From NCBI GenBank assembly GCA_030606485.1, contig JAUWGH010000001.1, positions 360,001 to 392,000 on the forward strand: a DNA stretch of 32,000 nucleotides. The letters are read 5' to 3'. Each line of letters opens with the position of its first letter. Positions within the stretch are counted from its first letter, which is position 1. Both the position numbers and the translations under genes were made by a program. Source of the stretch: Promethearchaeota archaeon. Lineage in GTDB: Archaea > Asgardarchaeota > Lokiarchaeia > Sigyniarchaeales > SOKP01. The notes below the pieces were generated by a model. That model did no database searches. It had not been told where the DNA came from and was given only the letters and a program-made list of their open reading frames with translations. Shown here piece after piece: positions 9,920 to 18,993 of this stretch.

Positions 9920-11134
9920 CTAAAAATTCAACTTTTTTACGGCGTTTTTTAAATTTGGAATATATTTTTCACGACTAACTTTAATTAGCATGTTATAATA
10001 ATCCATCATTCTTTTTTTCAATTCAGTATGGGAAAAAAGTTCTAATACCAACTTATCATTTTTATCGAACATTGTTGTTGGAGCAATTTCATCTGAAGCA
10101 TTTATATGACATTCTTTTTTCCATTCTTTAGGAAGGTCGTTATCGAGCTCAACGTCAAGCATTTCTGCAAGAAAAATAGACCAAGCCCGAGGAACAACTG
10201 TTACTAAATAGCCTCCTCCGCCAACGGCGAGCCATTTATTTTTGCAATATTTTTTACTATATTGATGTATTTCTTTAGCAATTTCACGATAGCCTGAAAG
10301 AGATAAACCTAATTGAGTAAGAGGGTCCAAATTATAAGCATCTACACCAAGTTGTGTAACTAAGACATCTGGTTTATATATATTTAGGATTTCTGGAATA
10401 ATGTTTCTGAGAAGATTGAGATATAGATAATCATAAAAGCCAGGCAATAACGGAAAATTAATAGAGAAGTATTTCCCATCTCCATCTCCAATTTCATTTA
10501 CATCGCCAGTTCCGGGGAATAGATACCTTCCACTTTCATGAAAAGATATAGTTAAAACATTAGGATCTTTATAATAAAACCATTGTACACCATCTCCATG
10601 GTGTGCATCAATATCTAAATATGTTATTCGTATATTGGGTTTTAATAACTTCATTTTCTTGATAGCTAGAGCCACGTCATTAAAAATGCAAAACCCTGAC
10701 GCTTGATCTTTATGTGCATGATGTAAACCTCCAGCAGGATTGAAAATTATATTATATTTTTCAGATTGATTCATGATCATTTCAGCAGCTTTAATACTTG
10801 CACCAGCGATTAAAGCAGAAGCTTCGTACATCCCTTTAAAAATTGGATTATCTCCCGGACCTAATCCATATTTCCAACCTTTGGCGGTTGGATTAGCTGG
10901 ATCTTCACTTAATTTTTTTACAGTTTTTACATATTCTTCCGAATGTAGCATCATCAAATCTTTCTCGGTAGCCATTTCTGGAGCAATAATCTCAATCTTA
11001 GGGTGGGACATAAGACCAAGCTCCTTAAATAATTTATAAGTTAACTCTAATCTTATTGGTTTTAGAGGGTGTGTTTTACCGAAATTATATGTTATGAAGT
11101 CTTCAGAATAAAGTAATCCAACCTTTTTTTCCAT
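9920..11134 (-). CDS. Zn-dependent histone deacetylase family protein (AcuC / class I-like)
   Basis: HPLKP.R, GGLHHA, SGFCIFND, DIDAHHGDG, QLGVD and GGGGY motifs all present. Confidence 0.9.
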   Translation of the reverse strand: MEKKVGLLYSEDFITYNFGKTHPLKPIRLELTYKLFKELGLMSHPKIEIIAPEMATEKDLMMLHSEEYVKTVKKLSEDPANPTAKGWKYGLGPGDNPIFKGMYEASALIAGASIKAAEMIMNQSEKYNIIFNPAGGLHHAHKDQASGFCIFNDVALAIKKMKLLKPNIRITYLDIDAHHGDGVQWFYYKDPNVLTISFHESGRYLFPGTGDVNEIGDGDGKYFSINFPLLPGFYDYLYLNLLRNIIPEILNIYKPDVLVTQLGVDAYNLDPLTQLGLSLSGYREIAKEIHQYSKKYCKNKWLAVGGGGYLVTVVPRAWSIFLAEMLDVELDNDLPKEWKKECHINASDEIAPTTMFDKNDKLVLELFSHTELKKRMMDYYNMLIKVSREKYIPNLKNAVKKLNF

Positions 11135-11174
11135 AAATAATCATATGTTTTGTTTTATTATAAATTGATTTTTA

Positions 11175-12659
11175 TTATGAAGTTTTGATTGTTTTCGACA
11201 AATTCTTACCTTTAACTCTGTATTTATTGATAAGTAATACAATTATAATTACTCCAATAAGAGATATTATGCCGGTTATTATCCAAATCATATTTTTGAC
11301 AAATAAAGGTTGAAAAGTAAAATAGATATCTTCATTGATATAAAATATTAACGCATTAGTTTTCCACAATCTAGTTGTATTACTTAGAAATCCCGGGGGG
11401 TCGTAAATTGTTCCATTTTTTTGAATAAACTCTATATATCCCTCATTAAATTCATCAGAACTCTTTTTATACATATAATTACCCAAAAAATTGATTACTT
11501 CTGTGGCTGTAGTTAAATATTTCTCTTGTTCGGATGCCTTAAATAATTCCATTAAACTATATGCATAGAGCGCATTCCCATATCCTTCTTTAATATTTGC
11601 ACCTATTCCTGAAGTTGAGTTAAACCATACAACAGCTCCCCCCTTTTCAGAATCAATAAAATAGGGTTTTATAATATTAACGATAACATTTTCTGCTTTA
11701 TCAATATAAACCACATTTCCAGTGGCTTGATAAAGTCTTGCATAAGATAATAATGATAGAGCCTGTGTTCTGAAGATTATTTTATCTGTTGATGCATTAC
11801 TATATTCTTTAAACCCTTTTCCATTAATAAATAATACATCTTCAAGATATTTCATCGTTTTCTGAGCATCGTTAAGAGATGCATTAAAAATTTCTTGCTC
11901 AACATCGATTGAGGATTCTCTAACCAACAATCCATAATTTAGCATACCTGCAATAGCCCATAAAGAGGTATTTGCTAGACAATATTGAAGATTCGGATCT
12001 CCTCCAGATGTATATTTATAATAGGAATTAAGTCCTGTTTCATAGCCTTCTCCTTTAATTGCAGTCCAGAACGCTAAATGATAAGATTGAGATGGACCTT
12101 GATATTTGGGCGTATTATTTGCTTTCATAGATTCTCGCTGAATGAATAAAGGGTCCAATAATTGGTTTTTAATAATATTATTTTGAGAATCACGATATGC
12201 ACTTGTTAAAAATTCTAAAGCAATCATGCTATCAATCGTAAAATATATACTCTTATTTTTTTCACTTTCCGCTCTCAAAATTTTATGATACTTCGAAAAA
12301 TTTGATTGTAATGTTGTTAATAGCTCATTTTCTGCCCATGCATATGTCATCGTAGTTCCTGATATAACATATCTATGATAAAACGCAGCTAATGTAAAGA
12401 TCTTTTCTTGAGCATATGAATTTATTTGCGCTTCAATATCAATTAACCCACTATAATCATCATATCCAACTCCTTTTAATCCGTTTTCTATTTCATGCAG
12501 AAATAATTTGGTCTGTAGAAAAATATTTTTTGCTCTTACATTTGCTATTGTCTCATTAATTGTTTCATTCTCATTTGCATAGACTAAATAATTTCCACCA
12601 ATTAAGACATTGAAACACAGTAGAATAATAAACAAAAGAGAATTTGTATATTTTTTCAT
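11175..12659 (-). CDS. Exported, C-terminally membrane-anchored protein with a putative six-hairpin (alpha/alpha)6 glycosidase-like domain
   Basis: N-terminal signal peptide and C-terminal TM helix with basic tail. Repeated helical hairpins (LSYARLYQATGNVVYIDKAE; MELFKASEQEKYLTTA) are typical of GH76/AGE/YyaL-like toroids. Confidence 0.55.
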   Translation of the reverse strand: MKKYTNSLLFIILLCFNVLIGGNYLVYANENETINETIANVRAKNIFLQTKLFLHEIENGLKGVGYDDYSGLIDIEAQINSYAQEKIFTLAAFYHRYVISGTTMTYAWAENELLTTLQSNFSKYHKILRAESEKNKSIYFTIDSMIALEFLTSAYRDSQNNIIKNQLLDPLFIQRESMKANNTPKYQGPSQSYHLAFWTAIKGEGYETGLNSYYKYTSGGDPNLQYCLANTSLWAIAGMLNYGLLVRESSIDVEQEIFNASLNDAQKTMKYLEDVLFINGKGFKEYSNASTDKIIFRTQALSLLSYARLYQATGNVVYIDKAENVIVNIIKPYFIDSEKGGAVVWFNSTSGIGANIKEGYGNALYAYSLMELFKASEQEKYLTTATEVINFLGNYMYKKSSDEFNEGYIEFIQKNGTIYDPPGFLSNTTRLWKTNALIFYINEDIYFTFQPLFVKNMIWIITGIISLIGVIIIVLLINKYRVKGKNLSKTIKTS

Positions 12660-12958
12660 AATTTATTCTCAAAGATTAATAAAGCATAATATCATTCAAT
12701 AGAAATGAATTGACTATATTTGCATAATAATATTTACTTTAAATTCCATTTTAAATTTAAATAAATTTACTTATCAAAAAAATATTCAAAATTCGTAACA
12801 AGAAGATAAAAAAAGGCATAATATATTATTTTCATATTATACCTAAATATAAAATCAAAAAAATAAAATTTAATAGATCTTAATAGGTGTTAACATAAGA
12901 GGCAAGTTCTAACTATCAAAAAATATATTAAAAATTAACTTAATTTATCAAGAAAATT

Positions 12959-13513
12959 ATGTCCGTTCGCTTTAAGCAATTTTTATTACGAGTTGGAAAA
13001 GATTGTGAGTTTAAACCAATAGAGAATAAGCTATTATTATTTTTAAAAAAAGAAAGCGAACAAAAGAGAAAAAATTATCCCCGATTATTTGAAGCTATGA
13101 GAGAGCATTGGCCAAAATATGCTGAGGGGTTTAAAATCTCTCATCTCTTAAAAAATCATTATCGTGAATTTTTTAATTTTTATTTATCTACACTTTTTCC
13201 TTTTCGAAAATCTGACCTTTCATATGATGATCCTGAAGCTCCAACTCCTGTAGATTTCAAACTTGTATTTTCTTATAAATATAACGAAAAAGAAATTGAG
13301 GTATTAAGAGAGGTCTTAAAGGAATTACATCTTGATGTTTCTGTCGAGAGTATCTTCAAACGACTTTTTATTTTTACAATAAGCTCCTATGGATATATGG
13401 TCGAACAAATCTTTAATCGGCCATTTGCATTTCAATTTTTTTCAATTGACGGAGAAAAGATAAATGATAATAGTTATAAAGTAACTGCAATTATTTCAGG
13501 AAGAGAGCAATAA
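12959..13513 (+). CDS. Hypothetical protein (184 aa)
   Basis: Only long ORF in the interval, normal composition; no firm family motif. Confidence 0.65.
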   Translation: MSVRFKQFLLRVGKDCEFKPIENKLLLFLKKESEQKRKNYPRLFEAMREHWPKYAEGFKISHLLKNHYREFFNFYLSTLFPFRKSDLSYDDPEAPTPVDFKLVFSYKYNEKEIEVLREVLKELHLDVSVESIFKRLFIFTISSYGYMVEQIFNRPFAFQFFSIDGEKINDNSYKVTAIISGREQ

Positions 13514-13539
13514 TTAATGTATTTTTTTTAAAAATCCAT

Positions 13540-13959
13540 CTATTTTAGATAAGATGATAGGTCAACAGCTTCCTCATCTCGTCTTTTAACTTTAATTGAT
13601 ATCTTTGTCCCTTTAAACTTTCTTTCTAGATATAAAATAGTCTCGAGAGGCATTCTTCTTAATATAGCACTTCTTTCATTGATTATCATTAATAATAAAT
13701 CAATCTTTTCTATTACACTTGGAGTCACTAATGTATTAAAGATCGCCCAATAAATTTTTGGATCTGAATTTTTTAAATTAATTAAATGATTATAAGCATC
13801 GGGGCTGAGTATTGCACGAAATACCACATCAATTTTATCATAAATCTGTTTTTGTTGTACATTTTGAAATTCATGCATCTTTTGTTTTTCCAACATCATT
13901 TTTAATTTATTCATTCGAATTGTCTCCAATTCATGTTCCTCTTTTTCATCTTCAGGCAA
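13540..13959 (-). CDS. PDCD5-like DNA-binding protein (divergent)
   Basis: N-terminal ELETIRMNKLK helix, ILSPDAYNHL (compare LTPEARERL) and basic C-terminal KVKRR; TTG start. Confidence 0.6.
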   Translation of the reverse strand: MPEDEKEEHELETIRMNKLKMMLEKQKMHEFQNVQQKQIYDKIDVVFRAILSPDAYNHLINLKNSDPKIYWAIFNTLVTPSVIEKIDLLLMIINERSAILRRMPLETILYLERKFKGTKISIKVKRRDEEAVDLSSYLK

Positions 13960-14040
13960 TTTCTAATTCACTAGTTCTACAAAAAATTTATCAATATTTA
14001 ATTTAATACAATACCTTATTGGTAATTAATCTTTCCATTT

Positions 14041-14964
14041 TTACTTTGCTTTCTCAATAACTTCTAATGCAATCTTCAGGGCTCGTATTCCATCATCTAG
14101 AGTTACCTTAAGATCTTTATCCTTATCATATAGGAAATTTAAGATTTCTCTTTTTAATGGTTCTTCCAGTTTTAATGGAGAATATGTCTCATCCTTTATC
14201 TCTGGGTTATCTCCCAATAAATTCAAACCTATTCGAAAATTAAATGTTTGGGATATAAAATTTATCTCAATAGTTCCATTAACTCCATGAACATACATTC
14301 TTCGAAATTTTGTTGGAGTACACCAATTAGATTCAATTGAACCTTTTGCTTTTCCAAAATCTAATAAAATAAAAGCTGCATCCTCATGTTTGTTATCAAT
14401 AAATCGATTTACCATGCCAATAGCATTTTTTACCTCACCTAGAATTCTCTCTTGCAAATAAATATCATGAATTGATAAATCCAAAATGACTCCCATATTC
14501 CAATCTCTTTTTGGATAAAGTCCAATCCTCTTTGAGGCAATAGTAATGATCTCACCAATCTTTGGGAGATTCTCTAATAGTTTATCAAAAACGGGGTTAT
14601 ATAATTCAATAAAACCGGGCATGACACGGCAATTTGTAAATTCTTTAAATTGTTCTAAATCAGATAATTTTAATGCCATAGGTTTTTCCATTAATACATC
14701 TATACCTTTCTCAGCAAACTTCCTAGATATTGTTGGAATACTTGATGGTGGTGTAACTACACTAGCTGCATCGATATCTTCACTTTTAATCATATCATCT
14801 ACATTAGTATAAACGTTAATATTATCATATAACCCTTTTACAAGCTCTAAATTCTCTTGATTTGCATCACACACAGCAACTAATTTGGAAACCTGACTAT
14901 AATTCCTTATATGCGCTCGACCAAACCATCCCGCTCCAACAACTGCAGTTCTTTTATCTTTCAT
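14041..14964 (-). CDS. Gfo/Idh/MocA oxidoreductase (WbpB/WlbA-like candidate)
   Basis: VVGAGWFG Rossmann motif, EKPMA and DLSIHD motifs; ATG at 14964. Confidence 0.85.
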   Translation of the reverse strand: MKDKRTAVVGAGWFGRAHIRNYSQVSKLVAVCDANQENLELVKGLYDNINVYTNVDDMIKSEDIDAASVVTPPSSIPTISRKFAEKGIDVLMEKPMALKLSDLEQFKEFTNCRVMPGFIELYNPVFDKLLENLPKIGEIITIASKRIGLYPKRDWNMGVILDLSIHDIYLQERILGEVKNAIGMVNRFIDNKHEDAAFILLDFGKAKGSIESNWCTPTKFRRMYVHGVNGTIEINFISQTFNFRIGLNLLGDNPEIKDETYSPLKLEEPLKREILNFLYDKDKDLKVTLDDGIRALKIALEVIEKAK

Positions 14965-15033
14965 TTCTAAAATCAATTTTTTTTAACATCTAATCTTAGA
15001 TAGTCAAATAACAAATAATTAAATAATCCTTTG

Positions 15034-15978
15034 CTAATGTTTTTTTAGCCATCCAATTAATAAATGCCATTTATCTCGAAAATTTGGATCTGTAAAAAGA
15101 CAATGATAACCTCCCTCAATTAAATACAACTCTTTCATATCTGAATTTAGTTTTTCATAAAATTCAGAAACTCCCGTTAATGAGACTTCCATATCTGATG
15201 TTCCTTGAAAAATTACAGTTGGAATATTTATTTTTGAAGCCTTTGAGACTGATTTGCGAATATATTTAAAAAGTTGAAATAAATATCGCGCTGATATCTT
15301 TTCTAAATGATTTGGATCTGTTTTATCATATTGTTGATGAATGGGGTTATTAATTCCCTCATCCTCCCTTCCTTTTGCGCCAATTACCCTAAAACTTGGA
15401 GCAAATATCCTTAATATAAATAAAGGTAACGCAAGAACAATAAGCATTAATTTTCTCTTTATTGGTAAGTTTATTTTCACCGCAGGAGAAAATAATATCA
15501 AACCTGTTAAATTTTCAGGATATTCTGCAATGTAATTTATATTGACTGCACCCCCCATACTTTCTCCCACTAAATAGATTGGTGTATTCGGATATTGTTC
15601 GTAAATGTAATTTATAAACTCATGCAAATCTTTGAGAATATGCTTAAATCTTTTTAAATCTCCTTTTTTTCCGCCCGAATGACCATGATTCCTGTAATCA
15701 GGAGCGATAACCATTATACCTTCATTATATAATTTATCCGCCAGGAGCACAAAGAATTCTCCGTGTCCCCCCATCCCATGACTTATAATAATAATCTTAT
15801 TTATCTCACTGATTGGTTTCCATACTCGATAAAAAATTTTAGTTCCATCAAAACTTGAAAAATAATAATTTTCACCATTTCCTGCGATGGGATCATCCCT
15901 AAGTTGTTGTAATAAGGGATTGATTTCTAGATGATTTATATTGATATTTTTATTGTTTTTTGAGAAGTTCGAGGTCAT
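15034..15978 (-). CDS. Alpha/beta hydrolase (monoglyceride lipase/lysophospholipase-like)
   Basis: HGMGGH, DYRNHGHS, nucleophile GESMG, Asp in GTSD and His in GGYH. Confidence 0.85.
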   Translation of the reverse strand: MTSNFSKNNKNININHLEINPLLQQLRDDPIAGNGENYYFSSFDGTKIFYRVWKPISEINKIIIISHGMGGHGEFFVLLADKLYNEGIMVIAPDYRNHGHSGGKKGDLKRFKHILKDLHEFINYIYEQYPNTPIYLVGESMGGAVNINYIAEYPENLTGLILFSPAVKINLPIKRKLMLIVLALPLFILRIFAPSFRVIGAKGREDEGINNPIHQQYDKTDPNHLEKISARYLFQLFKYIRKSVSKASKINIPTVIFQGTSDMEVSLTGVSEFYEKLNSDMKELYLIEGGYHCLFTDPNFRDKWHLLIGWLKKH

Positions 15979-16211
15979 AACTTGAAAACTTTATGAAATA
16001 AATATAATAAAGAATAAAAAATATTTAAATAGGATTTGTAGATGGATTAATATTTTTTTTACTTAAGCACCAAAAGAGAGGTTTTGGTTTTTTCTCTATA
16101 ATATTTTTAAACAATAAAATTCAGAAAAATGTATCGAATTCTAAATAAAATTAAAAAAGATCTCAAGCATAAATATAAATTAAATAAAAAACTTTTTATC
16201 AAACGTTAAAA

Positions 16212-16712
16212 ATGTATTATGAAACTAATCAAAAATTGATTTATCGAATTCATTTAATTTTTTTTACATTTACTTTTTTTCTCTCTTGTTTTTTTAATTA
16301 TTATCCAATTTACTCATGTTATTGTCCATATATGTTGGCTTGCATTCCGATTTATCAATACTCTGTTAATGGATTTGAAGTATTCACTTTTGGTTTGGGA
16401 TTTCCATTCGGATTAATTGGACTTATCTTAATATTTTTATCAAATATATTTATTTACAAATTAAAAATAGGTAAAGCATTAATATTGGGAATAACTGGAT
16501 GTATTTTCATTGGAATTATCTTAATTTATTTACCCATTTTTATTGATAATCATTCTATTCCTAAAATATGCCCTCGAGTAACTGTTATTAATCTTATTGA
16601 ATTTGGTTATATATTAGGGTTCATAGCATGGATTGCTTTGTGTGGAACTAACATGGGACTATTAATATTTTGGGTCAAGGGAGTGAAACCTAGTAATAGA
16701 ACTAAGAAATAA
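16212..16712 (+). CDS. Hypothetical membrane protein (about 4 TM helices, Cys-rich loops)
   Basis: Four hydrophobic segments; loops contain CYC...C and ICP. Confidence 0.55.
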   Translation: MYYETNQKLIYRIHLIFFTFTFFLSCFFNYYPIYSCYCPYMLACIPIYQYSVNGFEVFTFGLGFPFGLIGLILIFLSNIFIYKLKIGKALILGITGCIFIGIILIYLPIFIDNHSIPKICPRVTVINLIEFGYILGFIAWIALCGTNMGLLIFWVKGVKPSNRTKK

Positions 16713-16726
16713 AATATAAAAAGAAG

Positions 16727-16858
16727 TCCCCTGGGCCGGATTTGAACCAGCGACCACACGGTATCTATTCGCTTTAGCTGACGTATTTTCATTGATTCTT
16801 TTCTCAATACGCGATAAAAATCTACAGCCGTGCGCTACTACCACTGAGCTACCAGGGG
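16727..16858 (-). tRNA. tRNA-Tyr(GTA) with a 59-nt intron at position 37/38 (intron 16763-16821)
   Basis: Acceptor CCCCTGG/CCAGGGG with A73 (archaeal C1:G72), anticodon stem CACGG/CCGTG, T-arm GCTGG-TTCAAAT-CCGGC. Exons are 37+36 nt, the BHB central helix is CUGU/AUAG, and CCA is not encoded. Confidence 0.95.
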
Positions 16859-16943
16859 TTTTTAAAATTATTTCCAATAAATATCAATTAATATGTGTAA
16901 ATTAATATTTATTTTTTAGTTTTTCTAAAAAGAGAAGTTAGGA

Positions 16944-18293
16944 TTAATTTGGTCCTTCTCCGACTTTTCTATAGATAAACCCATGGTCTTGGCATTCTTT
17001 TTTAGTAAGAATATTTCGACCATCAATAATTATGGGATGCCTCATTTTCTTTCTGAGGTCAGCTAAATCTAAATTTTTATACATACTATGATTTGTAGCG
17101 ATAATTATTGCATCAGCATCTATAACTGCTTTATCAAGATCTCTTGTTAATTCCGTAGTATTATAGTCCATCGGTTTAACATATGGATCATGAGCAATTA
17201 TTTCGATTTTATTATATGAAAATAGACGTCTAACCTCTTCAACAATCGATACTACAGGAGTATTTCTGGTATCATCACAATCTGCTTTATATGCAACCCC
17301 TAAAATTGAAATTTTAAAAGGGTTCTCATCAATACCTGTCTCCACAAAAGCCTCGTTAAGCAATTCACTTGTATGAACTGGCATAAATTCATTAACTTTT
17401 CTTGAGAGTGGAACCATTTTTGAACAATATTTCTTTTTTGTGTATTTATCATGCCCATATACTAATAACCATGGATCTTTCGTCAAACAATGACCTCCAA
17501 CGCCTGAACCTGGTATATGCATCATTCTATCTTTTCTCATATTAATAAGACTAATAATTTCGAATATATTTCGATTAAAATCTTCACATAATAATGCCAT
17601 TTCGTTTGAGAATGCAATATTTATATCTCTATATGTGTTTTCTATAACTTTAGTTAATTCTGCAGTTAATGTATCAGTAATATGAAGTTCAGATTTTATC
17701 ACACGACTAAACAATGCTAATGCTCGCTTATTTGCTTCTTCACAGCCTCCACCAATCACCCTTGGCATATTTACAATATAATCTATTAATGCTCCAGGCA
17801 TAAGTCTCTCAAATGAAAATACCAGATAGAAGTCTTTTCCCCTTTCTAAACCACTCCCCTCTTCCAAAATTGGTTTAACTAAATTATCGGTTGTTCCAGG
17901 AGCCACGGTTGATTCAATTATTATAGTAGTTCCTTTGGATAAATATTTCGATATATTTTGTGAAACTTCTCTTAAAGATTCATAACGAGGTATCTTTTTT
18001 GCATCTACGGGAGTTTGAACATCAATTAAGATATAATCTGCATCCTTGCAAACTGAATAATCATCAGTAACCCTAAATTTGTCATTCTTTACCACTCTGG
18101 CAAGCAATTCATCAAGCCCTGGCTCCTCACCCTCGAATGGATTCTTTCCAGCATTAAGGCAATCAATTTTCCAACCAGACCTTTCTGAGCGACGTTGTAT
18201 TCCTACAACCTGAAAATCTTCAATGTCCGCTAAAAGCACTGCCATTGGGATTCCAACATATCCCATTCCAATGACTACTATTTTTGTAACCAT
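16944..18293 (-). CDS. Nucleotide-sugar dehydrogenase (UDP-GlcNAc/ManNAc 6-dehydrogenase, WbpA/WecC family)
   Basis: GMGYVG, VQTP, ESTVAPGTT, K...ENTYRDINIA, catalytic GGHCL, AYK and HDPYV motifs. Confidence 0.9.
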   Translation of the reverse strand: MVTKIVVIGMGYVGIPMAVLLADIEDFQVVGIQRRSERSGWKIDCLNAGKNPFEGEEPGLDELLARVVKNDKFRVTDDYSVCKDADYILIDVQTPVDAKKIPRYESLREVSQNISKYLSKGTTIIIESTVAPGTTDNLVKPILEEGSGLERGKDFYLVFSFERLMPGALIDYIVNMPRVIGGGCEEANKRALALFSRVIKSELHITDTLTAELTKVIENTYRDINIAFSNEMALLCEDFNRNIFEIISLINMRKDRMMHIPGSGVGGHCLTKDPWLLVYGHDKYTKKKYCSKMVPLSRKVNEFMPVHTSELLNEAFVETGIDENPFKISILGVAYKADCDDTRNTPVVSIVEEVRRLFSYNKIEIIAHDPYVKPMDYNTTELTRDLDKAVIDADAIIIATNHSMYKNLDLADLRKKMRHPIIIDGRNILTKKECQDHGFIYRKVGEGPN

Positions 18294-18411
18294 TTTTTAA
18301 TAAACCCCTTTTTTAAAAATTATAAAATACTAAATTTTTGTCAGTTTATAAGTCTTTTATAAAACTTAGCTTAAAAAATATTTGTAGATAATAATCCAAA
18401 GTTTATGTTTT

Positions 18412-18849
18412 TTAATCATCATTCAGTTCTAAAACTTGAAACCTTGAATATCCCTCTTTACTTAAAGAATAATCTAAATAATCGATTTTTTCAGGAATTA
18501 TCTTCAAAAACATTTTAGCTTTCCTTTTAACAATCTTTCTCGCATGTTCATAATCATCATCCTCAGGATAAATAAACCTTATTTTAGTTGATGTTATTTG
18601 CAATCCTTGAATCTCACCTTCGGACAGTGGAGTATATATTCCTATGCTAGCTATAGGGTTCGCTTTTAGATTTTCTACTTTCGCTCCACCTGCAGGTGTC
18701 ATATATATGTCTAATCCATCATTGTAGAAATCAAGCGGAGTTGCGCGAGGAATATTATTATTGCATGTGCATAAGACTAAAACCTTCCTCTTATTCAAAA
18801 ATTTTAAAATTCTCTCCTTTATATGTTCCTTAGGTAATTCTTTTCCCAT
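18412..18849 (-). CDS. Pyridoxamine 5'-phosphate oxidase-like FMN-binding protein
   Basis: VLCT...PRATP, K..NLKANP and GLQI motifs of the split-barrel family; ATG at 18849. Confidence 0.75.
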   Translation of the reverse strand: MGKELPKEHIKERILKFLNKRKVLVLCTCNNNIPRATPLDFYNDGLDIYMTPAGGAKVENLKANPIASIGIYTPLSEGEIQGLQITSTKIRFIYPEDDDYEHARKIVKRKAKMFLKIIPEKIDYLDYSLSKEGYSRFQVLELNDD

Positions 18850-18993
18850 ATTAACCAATTGGTAATAATACTAGGCTATTTATTAAATATATTCTTAAAA
18901 ATATTTCATTGGTTTATTAAATTAAATAGTAACGAAATTAACTAAACTAAAAATCTATTAAAAAGATTTATTAATAAAAATCGAGATGTATTA

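Noticed and set aside
16727-16770. tRNA 3' end as an attachment site of an integrated element
   Set aside because: No duplicate of the tRNA end was seen in the window, and no integrase is present.
16763-16821. tRNA intron as a box C/D guide RNA (as in euryarchaeal tRNA-Trp)
   Set aside because: No CTGA D box and no convincing RTGATGA C box.
16607-16877. ORFs of 66 and 71 aa on the minus strand
   Set aside because: They overlap the tRNA-Tyr gene, which fully explains the sequence.
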